From: an uncultured Candidatus Saccharibacteria bacterium
GTDB taxonomy: Bacteria; Patescibacteriota; Minisyncoccia; Phycocordibacterales; UBA9973
DNA: 63,293 nucleotides
NCBI GenBank assembly: GCA_964354985.1
Contig: CAYHBR010000004.1
Coordinates: 1 to 63,293, forward strand
Direction: 5' to 3'
The notes beneath the pieces are model-generated. The model did no database searches and had not been told where the DNA came from. It saw nothing but the letters and a program-made list of their open reading frames with translations. Below, one piece after another: positions 62,865 to 63,293 of the stretch. Every line of letters starts with the position of its first letter. The stretch's first letter is position 1. Made by a program: the position numbers and the translations under genes.

Positions 62865-63272
62865 TTATTCTGCGTCTTTGTTTTCCTTGGCCTCGGCAAC
62901 TTCTTCTTCGTGTTTGCCTTTGAGAGTATACATTTTCATTTTGCGGGCAACTTCACGAGCGGCTTTTTCACGGACATAGTAGAGCTTGGAACGGCGAACA
63001 CGAGAACGCTTGACCACTTCTATTTTGTCGATGTTTGGAGAATAGAGTGGGAAGACGCGTTCGACACCGACACCACTAGCTACTTTGCGAACGGTGAAAG
63101 TCGCACCAGCCTGGACGCCATGCTTACGTGCCAAAACTAAGCCTTCGAACGCCTGGAGACGAACCTTGCCCTTATCTTCGATTTTTGACCAGACGCGAAG
63201 TGTGTCACCTGAAGAAAATTCAAGCTTTGCGCGTTCGTCGCTGTTTACTGGGGTCATTACTTTAGCTGTCAT
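62865..63272 (-). CDS. rplS: 50S ribosomal protein L19 (with Lys/Glu-rich C-terminal extension)
   Basis: [81 protein letters not shown]. Confidence 0.93.
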   Translation of the reverse strand: MTAKVMTPVNSDERAKLEFSSGDTLRVWSKIEDKGKVRLQAFEGLVLARKHGVQAGATFTVRKVASGVGVERVFPLYSPNIDKIEVVKRSRVRRSKLYYVREKAAREVARKMKMYTLKGKHEEEVAEAKENKDAE

Positions 63273-63293
63273 AGATGTTCGTTACTTTAGCAT

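Noticed and set aside
1-63293. CRISPR arrays, rRNA genes, group II introns, reverse transcriptases and transposase-type IS elements
   Set aside because: Reading through the intergenic regions, I found no regularly spaced direct repeats and no rRNA-like segments. I also found no RT or DDE-transposase-like translations. The only mobile-type enzyme seen is the serine recombinase.

Overview
AT-rich, gene-dense window with short or overlapping gene junctions and many small membrane-anchored orphan proteins. The gene content is mostly information processing: ftsK, recA, efp, rpsF-ssb-rpsR, metG, glyQS, recO, ileS, argS, dut, rplK-nusG-secE, comEC, rnhA, recJ and rplS, plus two tRNAs. By inference, this looks like an ultra-small CPR/Patescibacteria (Parcubacteria-like) genome. 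No rRNA or CRISPR array was seen. Four regions stand out.

(1) 50.3-55.9 kb: an OmpR-type regulator, two tandem small ORFs (the second ends ...EFEPWWS) and a 6-TM histidine kinase. These are followed by a fusion of a DxDDT-type terpene-cyclase/prenyltransferase toroid with a polyprenyl-synthase-like domain, then a convergent polyprenyl diphosphate synthase. The arrangement resembles ComQXPA-type prenylated-peptide signalling.

(2) 58.46-62.70 kb: a 4.2-kb module abutting the 3' end of tRNA-Leu. It carries a large serine recombinase bracketed by a perfect 131-bp inverted repeat. It also carries a 2-kb cargo (MazF-like toxin plus a secreted protein) bracketed by ~285-bp hairpin-rich inverted repeats. 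All three repeat junctions share the 8-mer ctttgtgc.

(3) 22.2-28.7 kb: a T-box-controlled operon. Its IleRS carries an inserted histidine-phosphatase domain. It is tightly coupled to a methyltransferase, two Ser-hydrolases and a 256-aa protein with cyclodipeptide-synthase-like (XYP-type) motifs.

(4) 43.4-46.2 kb: divergent RhuM-type genes, one fused to a Fic/Doc domain, separated by a 10-nt C/G homopolymer.

All functional calls come from reading the translations and the DNA by eye. No database search was run.
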